61,660 nucleotides of DNA from a virus (IMGVR_UViG_3300007535_000176:1-61660), one strand, 5' to 3'; counted from the stretch's first letter, positions 30,587-39,617 are shown. Numbers and translations: made by a program. The notes: generated from the sequence alone by a model not told the origin.

Positions 30587-31688
30587 TCTAAAATGGAGTG
30601 AGTACGATTTCACAAAAATTCCATTTGATGATTTGGTAAGCGTGGGACAACGCACAATGCTCTATCGCGATATATTTACAGTGAGTTGGCTATTGGGCCG
30701 CTTCTGTAACTATCGCTGCTCATATTGTTGGCCTTATGCTCGCAGCAATACAAAAGATCACCGCCCAACAGAACTCTGTCTAAAAACCATAGACGAAATC
30801 AAGCGTCAGGCACGTGAAAACGGGTTCAATAGTTTTCACTTTAGCTTGAGCGGGGGCGAGCCCACGTTTCATCCAGGCTATTTGGATATTCTCAAGCATC
30901 TAGCTGACGATGTCCCCAACACGAACTATACCAGCATACATAAAACAAGCAATTGCTCAAGACCAATTCGTTGGTATGAAGAATTTGTTGAGCGAGCAAA
31001 ACCATTTCACAGAGCAAGTATTACAGCAAGCTTGCATACAGAGCACGTCAATACACCTGAGAAAATGCAGGAGTTTGCAGACAAACTCATACTTTGTCAA
31101 GAACATGATGTCCAGGTTACTATCAACATGGTCATGGTGCCAGAGCTGTTTGATGAGTATTGGGAAAATGCTCTTTTCTTCCATGAACAAGATATTAACG
31201 TCACTCTTAAACCACAAAGCGACCCAACCGCCAGCCGAGTCGTCGACGGTTACACAGATGAAATGCTCGAACGTTTGTGGAATGGCATGCCACAAAGGGC
31301 ATATACTGAAGCTAGGCGTAAATGGGCTGATCGCCCGCGCCCTGCTTTTGAATTGCCAGATCATGCACCTGGCAAAAATGATAAAAGTGTCCCTTGGCAT
31401 ATGCAAGTTGAGTTTGAAGATAAGCATGGCAAGAAATGGTATATGGATCAAGCAGAACGATTTAATGCATTCAACTTTAACAAATTCAAAGGTTGGTCTT
31501 GTAATGCTGGATTTCAAGGCATTGTGATACGTGAACCAGATGGTTCGATTAAAAGAAGCTATAGTTGTGCTGACGTCCCTTTGGGTAATATAGAAACAGG
31601 CTTCAAGCTTTTTGATGGGCCAAGACCATGTATTACCCAAGCCTGTGTTAGCAGTGCTGACAGCAAAATACCCAAGAGAAAAGTATGA
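30567..31688 (+). CDS. Radical SAM protein with C-terminal Cys-rich domain (rSAM 15)
   Basis: CNYRCSYC; SGGEPT; ASLH; WSCNAG...C...CITQAC. Confidence 0.92.
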   Translation: MANQNDDLKWSEYDFTKIPFDDLVSVGQRTMLYRDIFTVSWLLGRFCNYRCSYCWPYARSNTKDHRPTELCLKTIDEIKRQARENGFNSFHFSLSGGEPTFHPGYLDILKHLADDVPNTNYTSIHKTSNCSRPIRWYEEFVERAKPFHRASITASLHTEHVNTPEKMQEFADKLILCQEHDVQVTINMVMVPELFDEYWENALFFHEQDINVTLKPQSDPTASRVVDGYTDEMLERLWNGMPQRAYTEARRKWADRPRPAFELPDHAPGKNDKSVPWHMQVEFEDKHGKKWYMDQAERFNAFNFNKFKGWSCNAGFQGIVIREPDGSIKRSYSCADVPLGNIETGFKLFDGPRPCITQACVSSADSKIPKRKV

Positions 31689-32521
31689 AAGACAGACCGT
31701 TATTTTTTCTTAGTGCGCCCCGAACTCGTAGTAGTATCCTCTTTGAGATGAGTGAACCTTACATCAACACAAGATTTGAACTACGGTCTCTTAAAGGACA
31801 CAGTGAGTTCTTTCTTACCCGATCTCCTTGGGCTAAGTTTGTGGACAAAAGAACAGGTCAAGAACATCAGGCTGATATGTATCCTGTTGCAGATCGTTCA
31901 GGCGATATCACAATGCATCATGTCTGGCCAAGTATGTATAAAGATATGCATGAGGCCGTTGAACATAAATGTGAGTTCTTAGCAACGTTACAAGCACAAC
32001 GAAAACACTATAATGTTAAAGGCACACTCGAATGCGGTTTACAGCCAGAATTGGTAATCCTACTTTTCCGAGATCGCCATTTTGTATTCACTAAGCGCCG
32101 TAATATCACAGACATGGTAGCCAGCACATTGTTTGCATTGCGCATCAAGGCATTTCATATGCGCCCAAACAATGAAGAACACTACAGACAGTCGCTCTCC
32201 GAGCCGATCACGCTAACACAGGATGAACTTGCAATTGGCAAGCGCCTTCTTATACACTGTAATCGTCTATGGGCCATGGAAAACATGTGCGAGCAAATGA
32301 ATTTGCCCTATTCCACAGTGTATTATGAAGATATGGATACTGAAGATCATCTAATCAACACACTCACAGAATTACATGGAACGCCAGAATGGGTTGATTA
32401 TCTGTCAGAAGATTATCATCTCAAAGTTCCTATGCGCATTGACAAGGACTATTGCAAACTGATCACTAACTATGATGATATCGAAGAACTGGTAAATATG
32501 GCTAATGAAACAACGGTTTGA
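31685..32521 (+). CDS. Sulfotransferase-like protein
   Basis: APRTRSSIL loop; KRRNITDMVAS; YYED. Confidence 0.62.
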   Translation: MKDRPLFFLSAPRTRSSILFEMSEPYINTRFELRSLKGHSEFFLTRSPWAKFVDKRTGQEHQADMYPVADRSGDITMHHVWPSMYKDMHEAVEHKCEFLATLQAQRKHYNVKGTLECGLQPELVILLFRDRHFVFTKRRNITDMVASTLFALRIKAFHMRPNNEEHYRQSLSEPITLTQDELAIGKRLLIHCNRLWAMENMCEQMNLPYSTVYYEDMDTEDHLINTLTELHGTPEWVDYLSEDYHLKVPMRIDKDYCKLITNYDDIEELVNMANETTV

Positions 32522-33089
32522 ACAACTTGAAGGGTTGCCCACACCAGACATTCTTCCTGAAATAACAGCATTGGGATTGGATTGGGGTCCGAGCAACCAG
32601 ATCTGTATTAATACAGTAGAACCTGGTAGCGATGACTATCAGCTGGGAACAGGTAGTCTCAAATATGACTGGGCCAACAAACGTCCGGTAACACTGCCCG
32701 ACGGTTCAACTAAATGGGAGGTCCCTGAGTATTCAGTGCAATATGATGAGAGTGACTTCCAATACCTAGTTGACATTTTTCAAGGCACACTGATTGAAAG
32801 TGTTTATAGTGCTCTTGTTGATAGTGGATATAAACTGGGCCGTATACGATTGATGCGTAACGAACCCAAAACATGTTTGAGCTGGCACGTGGATACTTCG
32901 CCGCGTCTGCATTTTCCAGTTAAAACACATACAGGTTGTTTTATGGTGATAGAAGACGAAGTTCGTCATTTGCCAGAAAGGACATGGTGGATGACTAACA
33001 CAACACTTCCACATACCGCATTTAATGCAAGTCGCGAAAGTCGCATACACTTGGTAGCTTGTATTTTAAACAAACATTCAAATTTATAA
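32505..33089 (+). CDS. Aspartyl/asparaginyl beta-hydroxylase-type 2OG-Fe(II) dioxygenase
   Basis: RIRLM...LSWHVD...RLHFP...HTAFN...RIHLV. Confidence 0.8.
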   Translation: MKQRFEQLEGLPTPDILPEITALGLDWGPSNQICINTVEPGSDDYQLGTGSLKYDWANKRPVTLPDGSTKWEVPEYSVQYDESDFQYLVDIFQGTLIESVYSALVDSGYKLGRIRLMRNEPKTCLSWHVDTSPRLHFPVKTHTGCFMVIEDEVRHLPERTWWMTNTTLPHTAFNASRESRIHLVACILNKHSNL

Positions 33090-33105
33090 TTATGGGGATA
33101 TCAAC

Positions 33106-33801
33106 ATGTCAGTGAAATTTTATAGTGAACAACCACATATAACAGACTTGTATCCTCTCGTGCCGGCACGTGAATATAAACGAGAATGGGTCCGTGATTG
33201 CGCTATCGCACACAAAAAATATGACAAGGTAATTGACCATCGTGCTAATAATCGCACTGCCGCAAAATGCCCAGGTATGCGCAACATGATGGAAGCAGGT
33301 TACATTGTGCGCAGTTGGTTTGATTTCACAATTGAAACTGATGCTGCTCGGCCTTTTGATTACCAAGCATATTTTCCTGAAACACTTGATAAACCACTGC
33401 GTGAGATAGGATGGACAACTGACGATTTGATTGGCCATTTCAATACCAAAATGACTCCACTTAAAATACCAACCTACAACTATCACAAAATCATATTAAA
33501 GATATATGTGCCATGGACGATTGAAGTGCCTGCCAGTATGGGCTTACAAATATTGCCAGTTACTCTTGATGATAACCCATCACTAACTGCCGTTCCTGGA
33601 ATGTTTACTCAGGGTCTTTATACTCATTTCAACATACACGCCTACTGGCACGAGACCAATGGACGTGTTTTCGTGCCAGCCGGCACACCACTTGCCCAGC
33701 TAATCCCTGTCACAGTGGGGGAGATCAGCACTGAAGACATGACAGAAGAAAAGAAACATGAGCGCGACGTAACGTTTCTAAAGAACAGGAATAAATTTTA
33801 A
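33106..33801 (+). CDS. Hypothetical phage protein (KCPG...GTPLAQLIP type)
   Basis: Motifs I associate with T4-like phage proteins found beside 2OG oxygenases; function unknown. Confidence 0.6.
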   Translation: MSVKFYSEQPHITDLYPLVPAREYKREWVRDCAIAHKKYDKVIDHRANNRTAAKCPGMRNMMEAGYIVRSWFDFTIETDAARPFDYQAYFPETLDKPLREIGWTTDDLIGHFNTKMTPLKIPTYNYHKIILKIYVPWTIEVPASMGLQILPVTLDDNPSLTAVPGMFTQGLYTHFNIHAYWHETNGRVFVPAGTPLAQLIPVTVGEISTEDMTEEKKHERDVTFLKNRNKF

Positions 33802-33802
33802 G

Positions 33803-33809
33803 GTAAATA
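33803..33809 (+). promoter_or_regulatory. TAAATA late promoter-like motif 5 nt before ATG
   Basis: gtaaata-cacac-ATG, same spacing as ctaaata-cgtgc-ATG at 9933-9947. Confidence 0.5.
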
Positions 33810-33814
33810 CACAC

Positions 33815-34630
33815 ATGGAAAAAACACTCGAAACACCAATGCTCAAGCGGCAACATTTGCCTCTTATGACCAAACTCAATATGACAGTTGATATTGAAAG
33901 ACTCCGCACAGAGTTCTTTAATATGGGACTGGATGATTTTAGCAAATATAACGGACTCAGCTATGATAAAGCCGCTGAGGATGGACTGATTGTTCGTCGC
34001 GTCCTGCTAGAATATTTCCTCAATGATGAAGAGCTTGCCGCCCAGGCCGACAAAGAAATCGCTGAGGGCGGAGAAAGTTACAAAATGCTCTGCCTCACAG
34101 AGTTTAACGGCGATCCAGAACATGCCAGCCGCAACCTCAAGGAAAAGCTTGGCGATGTTCGTGATCCACGCGCCCTTGCTCGTAGATTGGAAAAGATCTC
34201 AGATCCTGACCATCCAGATTATGTGCCTATCGCTGACGAGAAGCTTTATGACAAGCGTAACGAGTTCTGCTCGGGTTATGTGGGTGAGATCATGGATATG
34301 ATTGAAGACAATATTGGACACGTTGCACGAAGCCGCTTTGCAGTTCTACGTGCTGGCGAACAAATCAAGCCTCATCTAGATATCAATACCGACAAGGCCG
34401 TGCGCATTCACATTCCAGTGGTAACTCATCCAGATGTTGTATTTGGTCTTCAAGGCAAGCGTCGAACAGTTGAACAACATATGCCAGCAGATGGAAGCGT
34501 GTATTTCATCAATCAAGGTTATAAGCATTGGGTCTACAATAATAGCCCAATTGACCGTGTGCATTTGATGTTCGTTGTTACTGGTCAGCGTGGAATTACT
34601 GAAGGCAAAGAAGTTTACTGGGACGAGTAA
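33815..34630 (+). CDS. Aspartyl/asparaginyl beta-hydroxylase-type 2OG-Fe(II) dioxygenase
   Basis: RSRFAVL...IKPHLD...RIHIP...HWVYN...RVHL. Confidence 0.82.
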   Translation: MEKTLETPMLKRQHLPLMTKLNMTVDIERLRTEFFNMGLDDFSKYNGLSYDKAAEDGLIVRRVLLEYFLNDEELAAQADKEIAEGGESYKMLCLTEFNGDPEHASRNLKEKLGDVRDPRALARRLEKISDPDHPDYVPIADEKLYDKRNEFCSGYVGEIMDMIEDNIGHVARSRFAVLRAGEQIKPHLDINTDKAVRIHIPVVTHPDVVFGLQGKRRTVEQHMPADGSVYFINQGYKHWVYNNSPIDRVHLMFVVTGQRGITEGKEVYWDE

Positions 34631-35218
34631 ATGCGCAAGCTACATCACATCACAATGGACTTGATGGATCGCGAGTGCAAGACTGTTACAACTGATGTTC
34701 CATCAGAAGATTTTTGTTGGATTAACAAAAAAGTTCACCAAGCAAATCAATACCGCAGTGAAAATTATGTTGTGGATAAAAGAATGCTTGATTGGAGTGT
34801 GTGTTACACTGTAACTTATGTTGGAAAAATTCCTGCTCTTGCTAGTGCAGCTTGGGCCCGTCCATTTTACAATGGCCATGTCCGTGTTCTAACTCATTAT
34901 TGCATAAATCCAGACTTACAAGGGGCTAAATTTGGTCGTGGAATAGATGGTATGCGAATCGATGTGGCGTCTCATGCCGACCAGCAAATCGCCTTCTGCA
35001 AAAATCAAGGATACGAAAATTTTTTTATTAGCAAGGAAGACAAAACAAACACAGGACGTAATGCGAACCTGATTTGCTCGAAATTAGATCGTTATAGTGA
35101 ACATCCTTGGAAGATAACAGAGGGGCGATGCCTAGTCGCCCCTGATAGAAAAAATCCAGCCTGTTGGCAATGGATTATGTTTAATGACGTTCCACCACCG
35201 TTAGATGGCTTTGTTTGA
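34631..35218 (+). CDS. Hypothetical protein, possibly GNAT-like
   Basis: RVLTHYCINPDLQG segment loosely GNAT-like; abuts the previous stop. Confidence 0.45.
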   Translation: MRKLHHITMDLMDRECKTVTTDVPSEDFCWINKKVHQANQYRSENYVVDKRMLDWSVCYTVTYVGKIPALASAAWARPFYNGHVRVLTHYCINPDLQGAKFGRGIDGMRIDVASHADQQIAFCKNQGYENFFISKEDKTNTGRNANLICSKLDRYSEHPWKITEGRCLVAPDRKNPACWQWIMFNDVPPPLDGFV

Positions 35219-35860
35219 CGGTGTAAATATCCCCCACTGCAAAAACTTTTCAGAAATCCAACCACCCGAGTCCCAACGACTCAAACGTAGTAGTCTGAAA
35301 TTTTTGTGATGGTTAAGATGATATCCTTCGCCAGCAATCAAAAAATTAAGCAGAGGAACATTTCGTGGATGTGGATAATGGCAAACTGTATTGAGCAAAC
35401 CAAATCCCAATTTAGCAAGAACAAACGGCATGAGTGCAAACGCTACAAAAAATTTGAATCCAATTATCAAGCTAACAATCCAAATAGCTACCCAAATCTT
35501 TATCCAGTGATGATGACAGAAAACCAGCATGGAATTTTCATATAGATCACGACTATATTTTGCTGGAATATGTGGAATATCCCACGTAGTCGTGAGCACC
35601 CTCCAAACTCCTACATGGACTGGACTATGTGGATCTTCTTCTGTGTCACTATGTGCGTGATGCATCCTGTGGCTAGCAATCCAGCCAATTGGGGTGCGAA
35701 CAACAGCAATCATGAGCATAAACAAGCCCACTGCTTCAAACCACTTCGGCACATTAAATTGACGGTGACAATAGTGGCGATGCAACAAAATACTTGCACC
35801 AAAATGACTGATAATAGTCCACCAGATAAATCCAAGAAGTATGACTAGCCACCAAGACAC
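35201..35860 (-). CDS. Membrane fatty acid (delta-9-type) desaturase
   Basis: His boxes HRHYCH, HRMHH, GEGYHLNHH; DPHSP; hydrophobic helices. Confidence 0.92.
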   Translation of the reverse strand: MSWWLVILLGFIWWTIISHFGASILLHRHYCHRQFNVPKWFEAVGLFMLMIAVVRTPIGWIASHRMHHAHSDTEEDPHSPVHVGVWRVLTTTWDIPHIPAKYSRDLYENSMLVFCHHHWIKIWVAIWIVSLIIGFKFFVAFALMPFVLAKLGFGLLNTVCHYPHPRNVPLLNFLIAGEGYHLNHHKNFRLLRLSRWDSGGWISEKFLQWGIFTPSNKAI

Positions 35861-35897
35861 GTATAGATCCTTAATGTTATATTAAAATACTTCATAT

Positions 35898-36260
35898 TTA
35901 TTCAATCATCTCTCGCGCTATTTGTGACATAGCTACTCTCAGGCTTTCTGTAAGGTAAAAGTTTTCTTCCTCCCACTGTTTGAATTTTTGGTAGTTTTCA
36001 ATATTGAGGCGCGCTCTCTCATGAACAGAAAGCTCGCCATATTCTTGTGCAGTCATGGTCATGAAGCTAGATTTCATCCATTCATAATTTACGCTGCAAT
36101 CTTGTATTTCAGAACGACTCATACGGTATCCGTATTCAGCAAGAGCATTACACAGATAATGATCTTCCAGGCCTGGAGGAATCACCCAGTCATATTCTTG
36201 TGCTGTGGCGGCGACCGCCAAACCGATCATTAAACTCAAGAAAAAAATTAATGTTTTCAT
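35898..36260 (-). CDS. Hypothetical exported protein
   Basis: Signal-peptide-like MKTLIFFLSLMIGLAVAATAQ. Confidence 0.65.
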   Translation of the reverse strand: MKTLIFFLSLMIGLAVAATAQEYDWVIPPGLEDHYLCNALAEYGYRMSRSEIQDCSVNYEWMKSSFMTMTAQEYGELSVHERARLNIENYQKFKQWEEENFYLTESLRVAMSQIAREMIE

Positions 36261-37129
36261 ACTGCCATCTCCGCTCTAATAGTTGGATGTGGATCATAAC
36301 CAACTAACTTAAAATCGTCCACTGTGCTTTTTAGCACATCATCTAGTGTTTTAAACTTGGGCATTTCTAGTTCTGGCAAGTTGCGTTCCTGCCTGCCCAG
36401 TTGCTCGTGAACCTGATCGACGTGATTGAGATAAACGTGCGCGTCGCCTAGTGTGTGCACAAACTCGCCAACCTCAAGCCCTGTCAACTGTGCTATGATG
36501 TGTGTGAGCAGCGAGTAGCTGGCAATGTTAAACGGAACACCCAAGAACATGTCTGCGCTGCGCTGATAGAGCTGACAGCTTAGTTGATTGCTGTTGCTTA
36601 CATAGAACTGCACGAGCAAGTGACAAGGTGGCAGAGCCATATCAGGCACATCACCAACGTTCCACGCTGTGAGGATGTGCCGACGGGAGTCAGGCTGGTG
36701 TTTGATTGATTTTATCAGGCTGGTGATTTGATCGCAGTGGTCTCCACCACGATACATATCTGAACCCCAATCACGCCATTGCTTGCCGTAGATTGGACCT
36801 AGCTGTCTGTAGTCGTCATTTACTGGATAACCCAGCGCGACAGCTTGATTGAGAGCGTTCGCAGTCCAGATAGTTTGCTTGGCTGGGTCACGTGTTCCGT
36901 ATTGTATCTCTGCTAGACGGCGCTCGTCTGTGCTGCCTTCAAGGAACCATAGCAGCTCAGCTACCACAGCCCGCCAAGCAAGACGCTTGGTTGTCACAGC
37001 AGGAAACCCGCTACGAAGATCATAACGGGCCTGCATACCGAAAATACTTTTGGTGCCGACTCCAGTTCTGTCTTTGCGTATATCGCCCTTTGTCAAGATC
37101 TGATGTAACTGGTCGTGATATTGCTTCAT
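36257..37129 (-). CDS. thyA: Thymidylate synthase
   Basis: DRTGVGT, ELLWFL, LGPIYGKQWR, MALPPCH, YQRSAD, PFNIASY, HVYLNH. Confidence 0.98.
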   Translation of the reverse strand: MKQYHDQLHQILTKGDIRKDRTGVGTKSIFGMQARYDLRSGFPAVTTKRLAWRAVVAELLWFLEGSTDERRLAEIQYGTRDPAKQTIWTANALNQAVALGYPVNDDYRQLGPIYGKQWRDWGSDMYRGGDHCDQITSLIKSIKHQPDSRRHILTAWNVGDVPDMALPPCHLLVQFYVSNSNQLSCQLYQRSADMFLGVPFNIASYSLLTHIIAQLTGLEVGEFVHTLGDAHVYLNHVDQVHEQLGRQERNLPELEMPKFKTLDDVLKSTVDDFKLVGYDPHPTIRAEMAV

Positions 37130-37764
37130 GGAATTCTTACAAACTTTCCGTATGTTTCTACGTCAGCAACTTTGCTGTTCAAGAGCAAGCCCTCGCCTTC
37201 AACGTAGATAAGAGGTTGGTCCTCCTCGCCCGCGCCGCGATATAGGACTAGCACACTGTCATCAGGTGCAAGATCGTTTTCAATAACTTCGAGTGGCCCG
37301 TTGGGGAAGTATGGTTTAACCAATTCGATATCCATATCTTCAGTCTCAGGATTAAACTCCTTGACCTTTTTCGTCTTGTCCCAACACTCATCAACACGAG
37401 CACGAACACTAGGATGACAAACAATGGTGTTCCCCACGCCCCGTTTGCTCATGTTAGCAATGTTGGCCGCAGCCATGCTGATACGATGAGCGAACTGTGC
37501 CTCTGCTGGAATATGGTTAAGTGGGGGGCTACTCGACGGCCAAAAAATCTCCATCTCATCGAGTGCCATTGCCTCAGCAGCCCTAAGGTTGCCGCATGGA
37601 ACAAGGTCATCCCGTGTCAGGCACTCATACTCGGCTTTGACACGGGCCTTGCCAACAAGTTTACCGTCCTCGTTTACTTCTCCTGATTCCAGGATCTTGC
37701 GCTTGCTCTTGACGACTTTGATTTCGCCATCAGCGTCAAAACTCTGTGTTGAGATGAAGGTCAT
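37126..37764 (-). CDS. Truncated major-capsid-protein (gp23)-like paralogue
   Basis: KSKRKI, AAANIANMSKRGVGNTIVCHP and VLVLYRGAGEEDQPLIY match gp23 blocks in order; start placed at 37764. Confidence 0.5.
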   Translation of the reverse strand: MTFISTQSFDADGEIKVVKSKRKILESGEVNEDGKLVGKARVKAEYECLTRDDLVPCGNLRAAEAMALDEMEIFWPSSSPPLNHIPAEAQFAHRISMAAANIANMSKRGVGNTIVCHPSVRARVDECWDKTKKVKEFNPETEDMDIELVKPYFPNGPLEVIENDLAPDDSVLVLYRGAGEEDQPLIYVEGEGLLLNSKVADVETYGKFVRIP

Positions 37765-38248
37765 GCAATTTCCTCGCAAAATAAGTTTCAAAACGTGTCA
37801 TCATGTCAATTTCGACAGTGTCAATCTTGACAAATTTTTCATCCAGTGACTCTAAATCAATAAAAGCATCACACTCATAACTTCCAGATATACGTGTCAA
37901 GTGAAATATCTGAATCTCGTCCAGGACTTGGTTCACAAGAACCCCGCCACCAATTACGAATACTGTATTACTTTCTGCAAGTTTTGTCAAGTTTTCCTTC
38001 AAGTCTCCATGTATCACATCTGCTCCATGGGCGACGTAGTCAGGATCACTTGTTACTACAACGTTATGACGATTGGGGAGAGGTTTGGGCATTCCTTTGC
38101 CTTCCCAAGTTCCTCTCCCCATTACGACCGTGCACCCGCTGGTCAATTGCTTGAAATGTGCAAGGTCTTTTCGATTATGAGGCCAAGGCATTTGACCATT
38201 ACGGCCTATTCCACCCTGACTGTCACAAGCTAAAATTGCTTTGATCAT
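37736..38248 (-). CDS. folA: Dihydrofolate reductase
   Basis: IGRNGQMPW, DLAHFK, VMGRGTW, PLPNRHNVV, VIGGG, CDAF. Confidence 0.96.
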   Translation of the reverse strand: MIKAILACDSQGGIGRNGQMPWPHNRKDLAHFKQLTSGCTVVMGRGTWEGKGMPKPLPNRHNVVVTSDPDYVAHGADVIHGDLKENLTKLAESNTVFVIGGGVLVNQVLDEIQIFHLTRISGSYECDAFIDLESLDEKFVKIDTVEIDMMTRFETYFARKLHDLHLNTEF

Positions 38249-38532
38249 TGGTCCTTCAGTATTTTTGCGACCTCGTTACCAACATCTTGCTCGACCTTTT
38301 CATAATCGATTCGAATCTTGAGGTCTGTCAACATCTCGTAAAATTCCAAATCTCTGATGATTTTTTCGAGATCGCTATCTTGGTCGTCCCTAAAGTCAGT
38401 CTGATCCAAGACGATCTTTGATCCGTCACTCAAGTAACAAGTGATGTCTTGGATAAACTTTACAGGAACGACATCTACATTAATTTGTGAGAAAATCTTT
38501 TGAAAATCTCGATCACGTTCGTAGATTGCCAT
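38245..38532 (-). CDS. Hypothetical protein
   Basis: 95-aa ORF coupled to folA. Confidence 0.7.
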   Translation of the reverse strand: MAIYERDRDFQKIFSQINVDVVPVKFIQDITCYLSDGSKIVLDQTDFRDDQDSDLEKIIRDLEFYEMLTDLKIRIDYEKVEQDVGNEVAKILKDQ

Positions 38533-38537
38533 TGGCT

Positions 38538-39233
38538 TTATGCCTTATCTTTGGCAGGCTCTTTCTTCGGTGCAGTCTTTCTACCACGCTTGGGCTTTAG
38601 GCTAGGATCCATTTCATACGCTTGTTCACGTAGGGTTTTTGCTTCTGCCTCAAACGTTTCAGCTTGAGCTAGACGTTGCTTTGCAATTGCTGCATCGTCC
38701 AACACACCGTCGCCTGACTGTGTGTCTGCAAGTTGCTCAGTTGCTTCCACTGCATCAGGATTTGACTCATTCATGGATTCAGTTACTGAAGTTGCCTGTC
38801 TTGGAGGCATATCAGTATCATCTTGCATGACTTTTTCAATATCCTGTTGCGAAGCGCCTGACTTTTGCATCTTCACAATCTTATTTAGCGTATCAAGTCC
38901 AATTACCGTAAGAGAGTCCGGTGTGAGCTCGATATTGTTGGTTGGAAACTTGCGTAGACGATTTGTGTTCACCATCCATGAGAGGGCTGGAACACCTGTG
39001 CCCAAACGTTCTCTTGATAGAACATTGTATAGATCACCTGTGCTCTGTGCGGGTTCACTCTCAATAATACGCATGATGTCCTGATGTTCAGCGTCAGGAA
39101 GTGATTCAGTTTCAACGATCAAGCAGTTGTTATCATCAACAACATGACCTTGTTCGTCATAGATTTCGCGAAATACCACGACACACCTACGTCCGGTGTT
39201 CTTGATACGGCCGACATGCTTTAGTGGTGCCAT
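38538..39233 (-). CDS. Hypothetical phage protein
   Basis: 231 aa; KHVGR N-terminus; basic C-terminal tail. Confidence 0.75.
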   Translation of the reverse strand: MAPLKHVGRIKNTGRRCVVVFREIYDEQGHVVDDNNCLIVETESLPDAEHQDIMRIIESEPAQSTGDLYNVLSRERLGTGVPALSWMVNTNRLRKFPTNNIELTPDSLTVIGLDTLNKIVKMQKSGASQQDIEKVMQDDTDMPPRQATSVTESMNESNPDAVEATEQLADTQSGDGVLDDAAIAKQRLAQAETFEAEAKTLREQAYEMDPSLKPKRGRKTAPKKEPAKDKA

Positions 39234-39514
39234 TAAGTTTCTCCTGTTTGTGCCTTTTGTGCTTGCGCTGCGGCTTGCGCTTGCGCTTGGTGCTGAAGGA
39301 AAGCCTCTAGCTTTTCGTAAACGTCTAGGACGCTACGAAGTTCATTGGTTTCAAAAACACCGCGCTTGATTGCCATGTTGAGAAGGTTCAAAGTGAGCGC
39401 AAGGTCTTGCAGACCCAATGTAGGAACATCTGATGTCTGTGGTTCCTGTGCTCTTTTGATCTCAGTTTCGTCTTGGCTTGACTCATTTACAGATTTTTCT
39501 GCTGTTTTGGCCAT
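39233..39514 (-). CDS. Hypothetical protein
   Basis: AAGGAG SD; ATAAATA motif upstream at 39596-39602. Confidence 0.72.
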   Translation of the reverse strand: MAKTAEKSVNESSQDETEIKRAQEPQTSDVPTLGLQDLALTLNLLNMAIKRGVFETNELRSVLDVYEKLEAFLQHQAQAQAAAQAQKAQTGET

Positions 39515-39617
39515 AGTTTATATACTCCTTGAAAGGGTTTAACGTCACTATTGTGACGGCAAATCAATACTCTGGTGGAAGTTTCATGCTACGTTTATTT
39601 ATCTAATAAAGTAGCAG

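Noticed and set aside
103-35000. Many 60-230 aa alternative-frame and antisense ORFs in the ORF track
   Set aside because: They lie within well-supported motif-bearing genes and show no recognisable motifs
1-35218. Bacterial chromosomal secondary-metabolite or LPS/capsule cluster
   Set aside because: It is contiguous with phage-type replication genes, shares the TAAATA motifs and gene packing, and lacks transporters, regulators and Wzx/Wzy or NRPS/PKS genes
39260-39290. GCTTGC-type short repeats
   Set aside because: They simply encode a low-complexity QAQAQAAAQAQ protein tail
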